Assembly: GCF_963921235.1 (NCBI RefSeq)
Contig: NC_086115.1
Location: 34,038,001-34,102,000 of the forward strand
Reading direction: 5' to 3'
Source of the DNA: Mobula hypostoma
Lineage: Eukaryota
DNA length: 64,000 nt
Part shown: positions 39,658-52,868 of the stretch, piece after piece
Position numbering within the stretch: the stretch's first letter is position 1
Layout: every line of letters begins with the position of its first letter
Program-made: the position numbers and the translations under genes
Notes under the pieces: model-generated
Database searches by the model: none
Seen by the model: the letters and a program-made list of their open reading frames with translations, nothing else
What the model was told of the DNA's origin: nothing

Positions 39658-41274
39658 GTGAGTCGTATCTTCATTTACAGAATGTTTACAAATTCTCGGA
39701 CATTTGACAGTGACATTAGCATGGATAGCTGGATCAGTCAGATTTAATATAATCTGTTTCTGGACATGAAGGGACCTAGAAAAGTTGCCGGTGTTCATTC
39801 AGCATAAGGATTGTGGATCTGATCTCAGGTTTGTGATGTGGGGACTTTAGCTTGATCCTGGGATCAGAGACCACTGGAGTGGGATGAGCCCACAGAATGT
39901 GAGCACTCAGTTTGATATCCCATGGTCTGATAATAATTTGAAATAAGGCCTGTGGTGCTAAGACATTGAAGGATAGGGAGCTGATTGGGAGTGTGGAAAG
40001 CGAACATTACACGAAGGAGCGTATCCTCCGAATTGATGACATGATTTTTAAGTTCCGCAGTGGGGAACTGACTTTTCCCAGTAGTTTGCATTCAGTGAAC
40101 TGCAGGAGCAGTGAGTGAGATACTAAAGTTTACAGCTGTCACTGAGAGGTCTAGTGAATTGAGCAGATGGGGATTAAAAGCTGCAATGGATCATTGGCAA
40201 AAAGGTGAGTAGGAAAAAGTGAGCAAACCGGAATGTGCTGTGAAAAATATGGATACTGGTGAAAGAGCAGAGAAATACAGGGAAATTATGACACTCAGCA
40301 GACAAATAACTGACGTGACAAATAGAAACATAGCCTTAATTTCAAGGGATGTTGGAATCTACGTATACTTGTTGTGCTACTTCTGTATAAATCTCTCAAT
40401 AATTTACAATGGCTGAGTTTTAGAGTTTATTCTGGGCACAATATTTCAAACATCAGACTCTGAGCTTGAAGATTCCTTAAAATGAGGCTGGTCCTGAAAG
40501 CACTAATTGTGAAGACAGGTTATGTAGAAAGGCTGATATTTACCTAGATGTTGGAGATTACAGTAAAAGATTTGATAAGGTCCACTGAGAAAACTCTCTG
40601 CCTGACCTGCTGAGCTCCTCTAGCACTTTGTGTGTGCTACTCTGCAGAATACCATGTGTCATGAAAGCGCGTTCTTTATCTGAACACTTCTGTCAAAACA
40701 ACTTGCACTCACGGGACAGCAATTTAGTTGTTGGAGGTGATACGCACAGAATGCTGGGGGACCTCCGCAGATGAAGAGATGAAACAGTAGATGTTTTGGG
40801 CCAAAACCCTTCATCCCGGGTTCGGATCTGAGGACACATTTTGGTATGGAATGTTGTTGTTTGCTTGAATTATTTCACAACTTGTGTTTTTTTTATTCTC
40901 TTGCACATCGGGTGTTCATCTTTTATTGTTTCCATTCAGTGTTCAAAGTTCCAAGTGAATTTTATTGTCAAAGTACATATATGTCACCATATTCAATCCT
41001 GAGATTCATTTTTGTGAGCATACTCAATAAATCTATAGGATAACAGTTATTACATAATTAATGAAAGATCACTCAACTAGGCTGTTCAACCAGAATGCAG
41101 AAAACAAACTTTGCAAATATAAAAAAAAGAAATAATAAAAATAAATAAGTAATTAATATGGAGAACATAAAATGAAGAGCCTTTGAAACTGGGTCTAATG
41201 GCTGTGGGTACATTTCAATAATGGGCCAAGTGAAGTTGAGTGAAGTTTTCCCCATTGGATCAAGAGTCTGATGT

Positions 41275-41475
41275 GACTGCATGGGTTTCCTCCGGGTGTT
41301 CGACTCTCCTCCTACATTCCAAAGATGTATGGGTTAGGGTGGGTGTGCATGTTGGTGCCGGAAACATGGTGACACACTTGTCGGCTACCCTTTTTCATCT
41401 GATATAATGTCAAACGAGGTATTTCACTGTATATTTTCATGTACATGTGATAAAAAAAGCTAATCATCAATCTTA
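41275..41475 (+). mobile_element. V-SINE-type fragment in the gene C intron
   Basis: GGGTTTCCTCCGGGTG..CTCCTCCTACATTCCAAAGA core. An orthologous insertion is present in the paralogous intron at ~60775. Confidence 0.6.
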
Positions 41476-42001
41476 AATTCTTTAAAAGTAGGATGTGGTT
41501 CAGCTCTGCCATATACTACATCTATGTAGATTTGAGCACATTGGAGCTTATGGGGTGTATTGAGTACTTAGTTAATAAACCAGAGGAACATGCTACTCTA
41601 AACTGTCATAACTTCCAGCCCCTAGTGGCTTTCAGGACAGGATGGAGGAACTGCATCCATGGTGCGGCAAATTCATCTCCTTTGGGAGAAACCAAGTGCA
41701 ACATCAGTGTAGTGAAACAACAGATCAGCTGCCTAGGCTGTTCAGGAGACACATTTCTATCTTCATCACATGAATCAATTCTTCATATAGGGTTATTGAT
41801 CTGAAACATTGATAGATTCTCCTTCCTCAGATGCAGACTGACAGGCTGAGCATTTCCAGGCTTTCAATGTCATAATTTTAAAAAAAACTTTAAAAGGCAG
41901 CTTTCATACAGTTAGTAAATCAGCTCTTTATGGGATTACAGGGCAGATCTGTATCAAGTGATCTGAGATGGAATTCATGATTATGTTTTTCTCTCTTGCA
42001 G

Positions 42002-43436
42002 CAACACACCGGGAGATGTATTGAAAGAGAAGCTCGATCAACTGCAGTGTCACTTCACATGGAGACCACAGAAGGAAACTATTGACTTGGAAGATCTGAT
42101 GCACAGATTGCAAGATTCTATCGATATGAATATGAAGTATAAAGATCAGGCCTACAACCAATTTGCTTTTTTAAATTGTTTGCAGGGCAAATGTGTGGAA
42201 GCAATTCAAAATTTAAAGGAAGCTGAAAAAATTCTGAGGGAGAACCACAAAGATGAATTTGAAAGAAGAAGCATCATCATCTATGGAAACTTTGCCTGGG
42301 TACATTACCACATGGGACAGCTGACCGAGTCCCAGTCCTACCTCGAAAAGCTGGAGATGATCTGTAAACCGCTCAGTGACGGCCCTCGCTATACAGCAAA
42401 GATCCCTGAGGTGTACGGGGAGAAGGGATGGTCATTGTTGAATTCTGCTTCTGAATTCTATGAGGAGGCAAAGGAATGCTTTGCAAAGGCTCTGGAGCAA
42501 GACCCTGACAACACCGAGTGGATAATGGGATATGCGACTGCACTGTCTCGTCTGGAATCAATGTCTGGAACCCCAGAGAGTCGTGATCAGAGTCAGTCAG
42601 TGAAGTATTTCCGACGAGTACTGGAGCTTGATCCAGATGATGCTGTGGCCATGGTGCTGTTGGCTCTAAAACTGCTGAGGTTACAACAAAATGAGGAAGC
42701 ACGTAAATTCGTTGAACAAGCATTGCAGAAGACCCCAGATCTTCCATATGTGCTTCGCTATGCTGCAAAATATTATAGACAAGTAGGATCTGTGGAGAAA
42801 GCAATCGAGCTGTTGAAAAAAGCATTAGAGTTAACTCCACACTCTGGTTTCTTATACCACCAACTTGGATTGTGCTACAGAAAGAAGCTGAAATACACTC
42901 GTAGCAGATACGCTCGCAATCCTGAATTTCAGCAGAGAGCTGAGTTGATCAATCTATGCAAGTATCACTTTGAAAAGGCTTTTGAGCACCGTCCAAGGTC
43001 ATTTATTAGAGCACAACTGGACTTTGCAGACATCTGCATAACAAGTGGGGAGTATTACAGAGCAGAGGAGATCTACAGTAGATTGAAGGAGTTAGTGGAC
43101 ATTCGACCAGAAAACATGCAGAGCATATGTCTGGAAGCTGGGTTATTTGAACTAAACCAGAAGAATTCTGAAACAAATGCTGTTCGCCTCTTCCTGAAAG
43201 GAGTGAAAATTGAATATAACTCAATAGAACGGGAAAAATGTCGCATGAATTTGGAGGAGTGGACAGATAGAAAACTTAGTGTAAATGCACAAGACAGCGA
43301 GGCTCTTGGTGTCAGAGCATTTCTGTATCAGCTGGATGGGAACCAGGGTAGAGCAGCTGAGTACTTTGAGATGGCCTTGGAGTTTGATCCTGACAATGAG
43401 GAATATGTGAGTGCTCTTTCTCGGTTACGTATCTGA
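42002..43436 (+). CDS. IFIT: IFIT gene C, exon 2: IFIT1/IFIT5-like TPR protein (479 aa spliced)
   Basis: Acceptor ttttctctcttgcag|C. Motifs CHFTW, YGNFAWVHYHM, PYVLRYAAKYYR, GFLYHQLGLCY and DPDNEEY. Uninterrupted ORF. Confidence 0.96.
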
Positions 43437-43829
43437 GCACCACTGGGATGTTTAAAAGATGCATTTCTATCTGATTTGAGGATAGGTTTGGTGGGGTGTT
43501 TCTTTACTAGTTATATCCTCTTAGCACCTTCTCTTACTCATTAGTGTTCGATTTGCAAAAATGGTCCCTTTGTAACTATACCCAATTATTCTGCTTCTTT
43601 TATAAAAATACTAATTCCTCAAGGACCCTGAGCAAACTGAATTCGGTTGTGCTTCTCTAGACTTTGGAAAAATGGGATTTGGGATACTGCAGCAAGTGGA
43701 GTGAAATGAGAAATCAAATATTTTTCTACATTGGTTTGTTGGTCCTATTAACCATTGAATGTATTTTACTTTTCACATGTATTCTAATGTATTAGCGGAA
43801 CTCTGGAATGATTTTTCGAGTGTGATTGT

Positions 43830-44659
43830 TGTGACGAAAAATCAAGTTATCAGAAGATTGATGCTAATGAAAGAGGTAAGTGAGACAATGGAGAAACATT
43901 CAAAATGTTAATGAGAGAGGAGAGAGAGATAACGGAAAGAGACACCAGTCCGAGTATTGACAGACCGATTGTATGAACCTGAACTGTTTGAAGTTTGATG
44001 GACGAGTGACACCCCAGCAGGGGGATAAAAAGAACAGGTTCGCTAAGGCAAAACACACCACGAGATCACGAGATAACGAGACCCTGGAAGAGCGGTGTGC
44101 CCCCACAAGTTGGTATGATTTGGAGGTCTGGACGCGGGAACCGACCATAGACGCACAGGGTGAAAAGGTACAATTGGCAGGAACCTGGTGTGTGTGTCCA
44201 CCCTCGCCTGGGTGCTGGGTTCACCGCGGAAGAACGGTCGTATCCGGAACGGAGGGGTCACATCGGTGACCACAGAAGACATTAAAAGGCTTCGCCCGAA
44301 AGCTAACTGCGAAGAACACCAAGGTCTGCCTGAATCAGATTTGCATATCATCCTCTCTCTCTCTCTCCCCAATGGCACAACAGTGATTACTGCGAACTGT
44401 CCTAAGCTGAACTGAACTTTGCATCACATGAGACTGATCATTTTACCCCTAGACTGCGATAGAGCTTGTTTGATTCCTATTACCCTAGTTCTGTGTACAT
44501 GTGTGTTTTATCATTGCTAATCTGTTGCATTCATATCTTTACGATTAGAGTACTGTGTTACTTATTTCTTTAATAAAACTTTCTTAGTTCCAGTAATCCA
44601 GACAAAACTAAGTGGTCCATTTCTGCTGGTTTGGCAACCCAGTTATGGGGTACGTAACA
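43830..44659 (+). mobile_element. Solo LTR (830 bp) downstream of the gene C stop
   Basis: TGTGACG...CGTAACA termini; 4-bp TSD TTGT (43826-43829, 44660-44663); TATA-like GATAAAA at ~44024; AATAAA at 44572. Confidence 0.9.
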
Positions 44660-45329
44660 TTGTATCTTAAGGATAATGGTAAAATGTCCTTTTTAGATAT
44701 GTCTGATAATTAAAGCTTCAGAGCAAAAGTTGGTCTTGTGTTGACACAATCAAAGGAACGCAAACAACAAATCCTTAACAGCATGATTCCAACCTGCTGA
44801 GTGTGGTGGAGGAGTGTCCTGGAAGGGGAATGACTGGCAAGTTGCGGTAGAGCGGTTTTGTCAATTATTCATGGATTTCAAAAAGGTAATATTTTTAACA
44901 AAAAAAAAGGATTAGAGTTTTCATTCATAATAGCTAACAGCCAAGGACAATGTATCTGCAACACAGCAAACAAGACTGTGTGAGCCAATGGACTCATAAT
45001 GGAAAAAGAAGATGGAAGGTTATAGTGCAAGGATCATGCCTTTGACTTGACCAATGGTGTTGGTAAAGTGATAGCCAAAAGACATTCCTGTGATGTGCAA
45101 GGGATTGGCTGCTGATAATGAGATAACCGCATAATTAGACAATGGAAATCAGATATGGTTATACGCTAAGTGAGCTGTTGTCCCCATAAAATTTTCAGAG
45201 TTGAGAAGAATGAGAAGGGAGATGCAGAAAAGAGAAAGCCATATGAGAACCAGCTCGGGAACAATCATCTGAAATTTCAAAGAGAGAAGGTGTCATCGCC
45301 GATTAACTGGACACTTGTTCCTCAATCAC

Positions 45330-45605
45330 CACGGTAGAATAGTGGTTAGGAGAATGCTATTCTAGCTTGGACATCAGAGTTCAGAGTTCCATTCTGATGC
45401 TGTCTATAAGGAGTTTTTCTGTTCCTCTGGGTGCTCCGCTTTTCCTCCCACATTCCAAAGTCAAACCTGTTAGTAGGGTGATTTGTCATTGCAAACTGTC
45501 CTGATATTATGCTAGGGTTATATAGGTGGGTTCTGGGTGGTGAGTCTCATTGGGCTAGTACAGGCTGGTCCATGCTGTATGTCTAAATAAAATAAATAAA
45601 ATAAA
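45330..45605 (+). mobile_element. V-SINE-type SINE
   Basis: tRNA-like head, GGGTGCTCCGCTTTTCCTCCCACATTCCAAAG core, (TAAAA)n tail. Confidence 0.65.
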
Positions 45606-45739
45606 ATTACACTTCACTTACTTGTGCACAAGACGAAGAGCATGTCTTCTGTCTCCACACACTTCTGAAGTCTGAACAGAGAAATGTCATTTTTATACAG
45701 AATTGACTAGCAGGTACAAATGTAGACCATTCCCAGTGA

Positions 45740-46260
45740 TGAAACATTTTAATTCTCATTCCCATTCCCACTGTGACATCTCAGTCCATGGTCTCCTCTT
45801 GAGATCACCCTCAGAATGGAGGAGCAACACCTTACATTCCGTCTGGGCAACCTCCAACCTGATGGCATGAATATCAACTTCTCTTTCTGCGGAGAAAGAA
45901 TTCCCTAACCCTTCCCTCTTCTTCTATTCCTCATTCTGGCCTCTTAGCTCTTCTCACCTCTCTATCACTTCCCACTGGATCCCTTCTAACCCCCCTTTCT
46001 CCTCTGGTCCACTCTCCTCTCCTCTCCTGTTGAGTTCCTTCCTTTCCAGCCCTTTATCTTTTCTACCTTTCTGGTATCACGTTCACCAAACACCTTCTAA
46101 CTGTTCCCCCTCCCCCCAAAACTTTTTTTTGATCTGGCGTTTTCCACCTTTTCTTTCCAGTCATGAAGAAGGGTCTCATCCAGAAGCCTTGACTGTTTAT
46201 ACATTTCCCTGGATACTGCCTGACCCGCGGAGTACGCACAGTATTTTGTTTGTGTTGATT
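45740..46260 (+). mobile_element. Penelope-like element 3' fragment
   Basis: GIY-YIG C-terminal EEQHLTFRLGNLQPDGMNI, a pyrimidine-rich UTR and a decayed hammerhead-like tail. Confidence 0.7.
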
Positions 46261-47369
46261 TCTTGAAGCTGTGCATGTTTGAATTTCTTATTTGCAAAAT
46301 CAATAACCACTCACAATACAGGTGGTTAAAGTCGATATAAAATACTGCCTAACAATTGACAATATTTAAAATTTAATAACACAATTATTCCTTAATTGGT
46401 GCGTACCCCTTGAATACTTCAGTTTAATTCTTACCTCATCTCTGTCAGCTAAAACGGCTCCAGTTCTTAGCAGTGAAAATGGAAGCTACATTCATCAGAT
46501 ACCTTTCTTACCTAAGCTGTCTGCACCTATCTACAATCGATCCTTGCCCGGACATTTTGTCCATCCTTGCTTTGCCTCAACTTCCACAAAGGGGCAGGCT
46601 GTTGTCGGTTTACAAGCAACACAAGGACTGATGGGAAAGTGCAGAGTGCTCAGCAGAACTTTGATCATTTTCAATATAATGCACACCATGCTCTGCCTGT
46701 CACCACTTAGACATGTTATGTTTCATATTCCATGTTTCTGTTTAGCTCCTTATGCAGAAGAAGGCCATTCACCCCATTTAATTAATGCGATGCAAACTCT
46801 CCCATCAGAGTTTATTCCCGCCTAACCCTTCTCTCTAACATGTTCACTCATCTCACTTTGATTCCCCTTCCGAAAATTATGCTGGATGCAATTTACAACA
46901 ACCTTGTAAATTGTTAACCTATGAAGTATGCGGATGTGGCAGATTTACACAGACCCAAGGGGACCAGGCTCAGTCAATGAGCTGAAGTGGTCGACCTGTC
47001 TGAAGAACCACCCAACATCATGCCTACAGCACTAAAGTTGGCAAGGGTTCTGTATTTGGTCCACATTGACATTTTGTCCATAAGAGACACAGGGAGCAGG
47101 ACCTCATATCATTGGACCAAACCAATGTTTTAAAGAGACATGATCAGCTATTGAAAGCACTCAGTGTAACAGTGAGACTCTCCACCCATAACACACCAGT
47201 CACTGCAGCTCTTCAGCAAACCTTCAGAATCCCTCATCATAGTAGGCAGGAAATTCTGTCTAATATCTGAATACTGGTGCCATCTCAGTCAGGGAAAATA
47301 AAAAGAAGGAAGTTCAAAGTGAATAAAAATATGATGAAAAGAATAATGGACAATTGCCTAAAATTTGAG

Positions 47370-48505
47370 TAACACAGAAAATGCTGGAGGAACACAGCAG
47401 GCCAGGCAGCATCTATGGAAAAAAGTACAGTTGACATTTTGCGCCAAGTCCCTTCAGCAAGACTGGATAAAAAAATGAGGAATAGTTTTAAAATGTGGGG
47501 GGAGGGAAAAGAGAAGCAAAACCGGTAAGCGAAAGGGTGAAGTGAAGAGCTGGGAAGTTGACTGGTGAAAGAGATACTGGGCTGGAGACAGGGGAATCTT
47601 TTATGTGGGGATAGTAGAATGTAAAGGGGTGAGGAGTACCACAGGGAGGTGACGGGCAGGGAAGGAGTTACGATGAGAGAAGGAAAAGGGGGCAGGACTG
47701 GTGACAGAGGGGGTGGTGGTGGGAGGGTGTTGGAGACACTACTGGAAGTTCGAGAAATCGAGGTTGGAGGCTACCCAGACAAAATATAAGGTGTTGTTCC
47801 TCCTCTCTGAGTGTGGTTGTAGGGGAAACCATTGTTTGACATTTCGGAATGGGAATGGAAAGTGGAATTAAAATGAGTGGCCGCTGGAAGATCCCACTTT
47901 TTGTGGCAAATGGAGCGTAGGTGCTTGGCGTAAAGGTCTCCTAGACTACGTCAGGCCTCAGCGATATACCTGAGGCCACAGTGGGAGCACTGGACAGTAT
48001 ATGACACAACAGACTCACAGGAGAAGTGTCGCCTCACCTGGAAGGACTGTTTGGGTCCTTGAATGGCAGTGATCAGTGTGGTGTTAGGGTCAGGTGTAGC
48101 ATTTGTTCCGCTTGCAAGGATAAGTGCCAGGAGAGCGATCAGTGGGGAGGGACGGATGGAGAAGGAATCACGTACAGTTCGATCCCTGTGGAAAGAAGGA
48201 AGTGGGGCTAAGGGAAAGATTTGATTGGTGGTAGGATCCCAATGAAGGTGGCTGAAATTTCAAAGAATTAAGTGCAGGACGTGGAGGCCGGTCGGATGGT
48301 AGGTGAGGACAAGAGGAACCCTATCCATGGTAGGGTGGCGGGAGGATGGATTAAGAGCAAACATGCGTGAAATAGAAGAGATGCAGTTGAAGGCAGTATT
48401 GATGGTGGAGGAAGGGAAGTTCCTTTCTTTGAAAAAGGAGGACATCTTCTTTGTTCTAGATGAAAAGGCTCATCCTGAGAGCAGATGTGGTGGAGATGGA
48501 AGAAT
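47370..48505 (-). mobile_element. Penelope-like element (RT thumb/GIY-YIG + tail)
   Basis: MSSFFKERNFPSSTIN..DRVPLVLTYHP; tail homologous to the other copies. Confidence 0.8.
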
Positions 48506-48514
48506 TGAGGGAAG

Positions 48515-49108
48515 GTCTCTGTCCGCCAGAGAAACAAAGATCTCCCAGTGGCCACACATTTTAATTCCACGTCCCATTCCCATTCTGATATTTCTTTCCA
48601 CTGCCTCCTCTACTGTAAAGATGAAGCCACACTCAGGTTGGAGGAGCAACACTTTATATTCCGTCTGGGTAGACTCCAACCTGATGGCATGAACATTGAC
48701 TTCTCAAACTTCCACTAATGCCCCACATCCCCCTCATACCCCATCCGTTATTTAATTATGTACACACATTCTTTGTCTCTCTCTCCTTTTTCTCCCTCTG
48801 TCCCTCTCACTATACCCCTTGCCCATCCTCTGGGCTTTTGCCTCCCTCCCACTTTTCTTTCTTCCTAGGCCTCCTGTCCCATGATCCTCTCATATCCCTT
48901 TTGCCTATCAACTGTCTGGCTCTTGGCTCCATCCCTCTCCCTCCTGTCTTCTCCTAGCATTTTGGATCTCCCCCTGCCCCTCTCAAATCTCTTACTAGCT
49001 CTTCTTTCAGTTAGTCCTGACAAAGGGTCTTGCCCGAAACATCGACTGTACCTCTTCCCAGAGATTCTGCCTGGTCTGCTGCGTTCACCAGCAACTTTGA
49101 TGTGTGTT
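48515..49108 (+). mobile_element. Penelope-like element 3' fragment, inverted relative to 47370-48505
   Basis: DLPVATHFNS..HS, EEQHFIFRLGRLQPDGMNIDFS and a tail with a hammerhead-like motif at 49012-49048. Confidence 0.8.
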
Positions 49109-49377
49109 GAGAGAAGGGACGGCGTTTTTACAAGTAATAGGGCGGAAAGAGGTATAGTCCAGCTAGCTGTGAGAGTCCGTGGGTTTGTCATAGACATCAG
49201 TAGACAAGCTGTCTCCAGAGATAGAGATGGTGAGATTGACAGAAAGGGGAGGGAGGTATTGGATTTATAAGAGACATTAATAGATAAGCAGTCTCAAATT
49301 TCAATGGTTTGACCCTACATTGTGGATGACATGATCCAAATTTTAAGCTAACTAAAAAAACTGTTGCAACAAAAGGA

Positions 49378-49707
49378 TAAGACATAGATGTAGAATTAGG
49401 CCATTTGGCCAGTTGAGCCTGAATCACCATTTAATCATGGCTGATTCAATATCTCTCTGAACCACATTCTCCTGCCTTCTCCCCACAACATCTGACACCC
49501 TAACTAATTTAGAACCTATCAACCTCCGCTTTAAAAACACACAATGACTTGGTCTCCATGGCCGTCTGTGGCAATCAATTGCACAGATTCACTAGACTTT
49601 AGCTAAAGAAATTCCTCCTCATTTCTTTTCTAAAGGGACATCCTTCTATACTGTGACAATGACATCTGGTCCAAGACTCTTCCACTGTTGGAAACATCCC
49701 CTCCTGG
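49378..49707 (-). mobile_element. CR1 3' end fragment
   Basis: CR1 3' UTR (taagacatag..gaattaggccatt) and C-terminal coding remnant. Confidence 0.7.
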
Positions 49708-50669
49708 TGTCATACGGGGGGGCGTGAAGAGGACCCAAATGCAGGACACAGACTCTGAAGTACTAGGAACAGGACTGGACTAGAGTTAGGGACTTGACTG
49801 GACACTGACTAGGAGCTGGGACAGGAACACAGACTAGGTCTAGGACTTTGGCGAGGAAAGTGGCACCAGGAAAAGGAACTTTGAACTACGAGCCTGGGCT
49901 TGGACTCCGAGCCAGAGACTGGACAAGGACCCAGAGCCTGGGTCTTGACTCGGGCTCTGAACCTGGAACTAGGCAAGGACATGACGAGGCTTGGGTTCTT
50001 CGAGGCTTGAGTATGGACTCCGAGCCAAAGACTGGGCAAGGACCCAGAATCTGGGTCTTGACTCGGGCTCGGACTCCGGAGCGAGGCGAAGACATGATGT
50101 GGTCTTGGGAGACAGGAACCTCGGAGCCTTGGACGAGGACTGGATGCTCGAAGCATTGGTCCAGAGCATGGGAACACGGAGCCTTGGACTTGAGAGACAG
50201 GAACATGGAACACAGAGTTGTGACCCCTTCTTGGGAACAGGACATAGGGCCAGGACTCAAACACAGAACACGGAGCTGGGACACCTCCTTGGGAACGGGA
50301 CATAGGGCCGGGACTCATACACGGAATGTTGATCACGATGAGATGGTTCCCAACACAAGTTAGCAGCAAACAGCTGGAACTACCTTGCGAAGGCGTGAAC
50401 ACAGAGACAGTTCTAAACAACGATAGACAGTTCCTTATCTGGACACAGCAAGGCTCTGGTCTTATTCCGGCGCTAGAACTTGACGGGGAATTCTGACAAA
50501 GAGGCAGATGAAGGTAGCAGGCAAGGATTCAGAAGGAAGGGGAAAGGAACAGTCCAGCCTCAGGGTTATGGCAAAGGTGGTCTGGCTTACCCAACGGAGG
50601 CAAGGACAGGAAGGGACAGATCCAACCTCAGAGTAACGGCAAAGACAGCCTGACTTACCCCACAGAGGC
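49708..50669 (-). mobile_element. Partial LTR with internal tandem repeats (same family as 55490-56354)
   Basis: Starts TGTCAT; colinear similarity with 55520-56160; internal ~114-bp-period duplication at 49890-50080. Confidence 0.65.
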
Positions 50670-51685
50670 GAGTGCCAGAAGGGAGATGAGTGGGGAGGGA
50701 CGAATAGACAAGGGAGTAGAGTAGGAAGTGATCCCTTTGGAATGAGGAAGGTGGGTGGAGGGAAATATGTGCCAGGTTGTGGGATCACATTGGAGGTGGT
50801 GAATCTCTAGTAGGCTAGCGAGATGATGGGGTAAGAGCAGACCTCGCAAACAAATCTCTGGATCCAGACATTTCTGCATCAGCACACACCATAGTCCCTG
50901 GTCCTCAAAGGCAACAAAATTCAGCTGCACAGTGCCATTATGCATGCATGCAGTGGAATTATTTGAGGACAAATATGATTTATTCCAGGTTAAATCAATT
51001 TTATTTCATAACCTTGTAAAATATGGTGCTATGCAATGGAATTTCCAGACATATGAACGATAGAGGCAAGCCATTTTTTTTTCAGAACTGCTGTTTGTCA
51101 CACATTAACTACTGTGACAGGGTCCTGAATTAACCCTATGAACTGTGCTTTTGAAAAGAGAGAGCGAGAGAGGTGCTCAACAACAGACACCTTGTTAAAA
51201 GAAGAAAGAGAGGGTTATTTAACATCGACATCTTGTTTTTAAGAGAGAGAGAGATGAAGACTGCTTTGAGATGGTGTTATGATTTTTCTGCAGCATGTTT
51301 ACATTTCTACAAGGACATGGGCTGCTTGTACATTCTTACACAGAGAGAGAAGGGAGGAGCTGATTTGAGAGACAGTTGGTATTCAGCACGGGGAGATATA
51401 CAGAAGGTCAGATGATAGACCTGCACCATATGATTTTGGACACTGAATGAGCTATGTTGTGCCCACAGAAAAAGTGGATTTTTGAAGGATCGATCAGTGG
51501 CTCACGCAGTGTGGACAGGGTGTGACCAGTGGGGAGTTATGTGTATAGCCAACCCTCAAATCTCTCCCTCTCTCTCTCTCACCATTACTACTCAACTCAA
51601 TACCACGAACTGAACTGAACTTTACTCATCATCGTAAGACTATCTATTTACCCTTAGACTTGAAGAAACTTGGTTTTCATATATT

Positions 51686-52064
51686 CTTTCTCTCACTCTC
51701 TTTTTTCTCCCTCTGTCCCTCTGACTATACCCCTTGCCCATCCTCTGGTTCCCCCCCCACCTTGTCTTTCTTCCCGGACCTCCTGTCCCATGATCCTCTC
51801 GTATCCCCTTTGCCAATCAACTGTCCAGCTCTTGGCTCCATTCCTCCCCCTCCTGTCTTCTCCTATCATTTTGGATCTCCCCCTCCCCCTCTCACTTTCA
51901 AATCTCTTACTAACTCTTCCTTCAGTTAGTCCTGACGAAGGGTCTCGGCCTGAAACGTCGACTGTACCTCTTCCTAGAGATGCTGCCTGGCCTGCTGCGT
52001 TCACCAGCAAATTTGATGTGTGTTGCTTGAATTTCCAGCATCTGCAGAATTCCTGTTGTTTGCC
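51686..52064 (+). mobile_element. Young Penelope-like 3' tail insertion
   Basis: Flanked by the 12-bp direct repeat TTTTCATATATT (51674-51685, 52065-52076); highly similar to 48770-49108. Confidence 0.85.
51927..51964 (+). ncRNA. Minimal type I hammerhead ribozyme motif (Penelope-type)
   Basis: UAGUC-CUGACGA-AGG(GUCUCGG)CCU-GAAAC-GUC^GACUG: both catalytic boxes are intact. Helix I is UAGUC/GACUG, helix II is AGG/CCU, and helix III is the palindrome ACGU. Confidence 0.75.
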
Positions 52065-52868
52065 TTTTCATATATTTCCACACTTACTGATACACTTACT
52101 TATATATAATCATTGCTAACCTGTTTGATTTATCTGCATTTATATTACTGTATTGAGTAGTTACTAATCAATATCATTAGTTAGTAGCAATACCGGACTC
52201 CAAAGTGTTTTCCATCTCTGCTGTTTTTTTGGGTTTTTTTTGCTATAACTGTATTTGGTGCTCAGTGTTGGTATTGTGCATTCATAGGCACATCAGTAAA
52301 GACAGATCAGGATGCTTGTGTCAAAAGTAAAGCAGACTTATTATTTCAGGCCAATAAGCTTTCATTGCAAGAAATTATCTCCCATTTAAACAGATTACAG
52401 CCCAGTCACTTGTTTCAACAACACCAGACAGATAAACATATCCAGTACTTTCTGTTGTTATTTAGACGTCTAGTATCTGCAACACTTTCTGTACCATTTT
52501 GGATGCTTAGCAGTACCAAGGCTGGTGAGAGTAAGACGTCAGAGAATGTCAGTGTCACCACAGACAAAAATAGGCCTTTGGCCCATCATTGAGTTGCTGC
52601 CACGTGATTGACTGATCGGATATTTGCATTAACGAGCAGGTGTACAGGTGTACATAATAAAGTGTACAACTTGATGTATATGTAATAATGCAAATATGAA
52701 ATAAAAGTAACTCCCATTTGGGGTCGCTAGATGGACAACTTGAAATTTATTCATGTGTTGTTTAAAGTTAGGAGGACACAATAACTCTCGGCTTTGTTAC
52801 AAGTAATGATGTGAAGAAAAATGATCATGTATGAAGTGATGAATTTCATGAATTTTCTTCACTAACAG

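Larger units (their letters stand above)
51113..52223 (+). mobile_element. LTR (related to 43830-44659), 3'-truncated, carrying a nested Penelope tail
   Basis: Starts TGTGAC. Shares CTGAACTGAACTTT..AGACT..TTTACCC.TAGACT and CCAT.TCTGCTG with the 43.8-kb LTR. Confidence 0.7.

Noticed and set aside
39864-40091. Similar minus-strand peptides at 39864-40091 and 57342-57545 suggesting a conserved antisense gene
   Set aside because: Explained by duplication of intron DNA; non-ATG starts and an intervening deletion.
49809-50420. Several 100-200-aa overlapping ORFs (also 55461-56126 and 43900-44415)
   Set aside because: Artefacts of GC-rich tandem repeats within LTRs.
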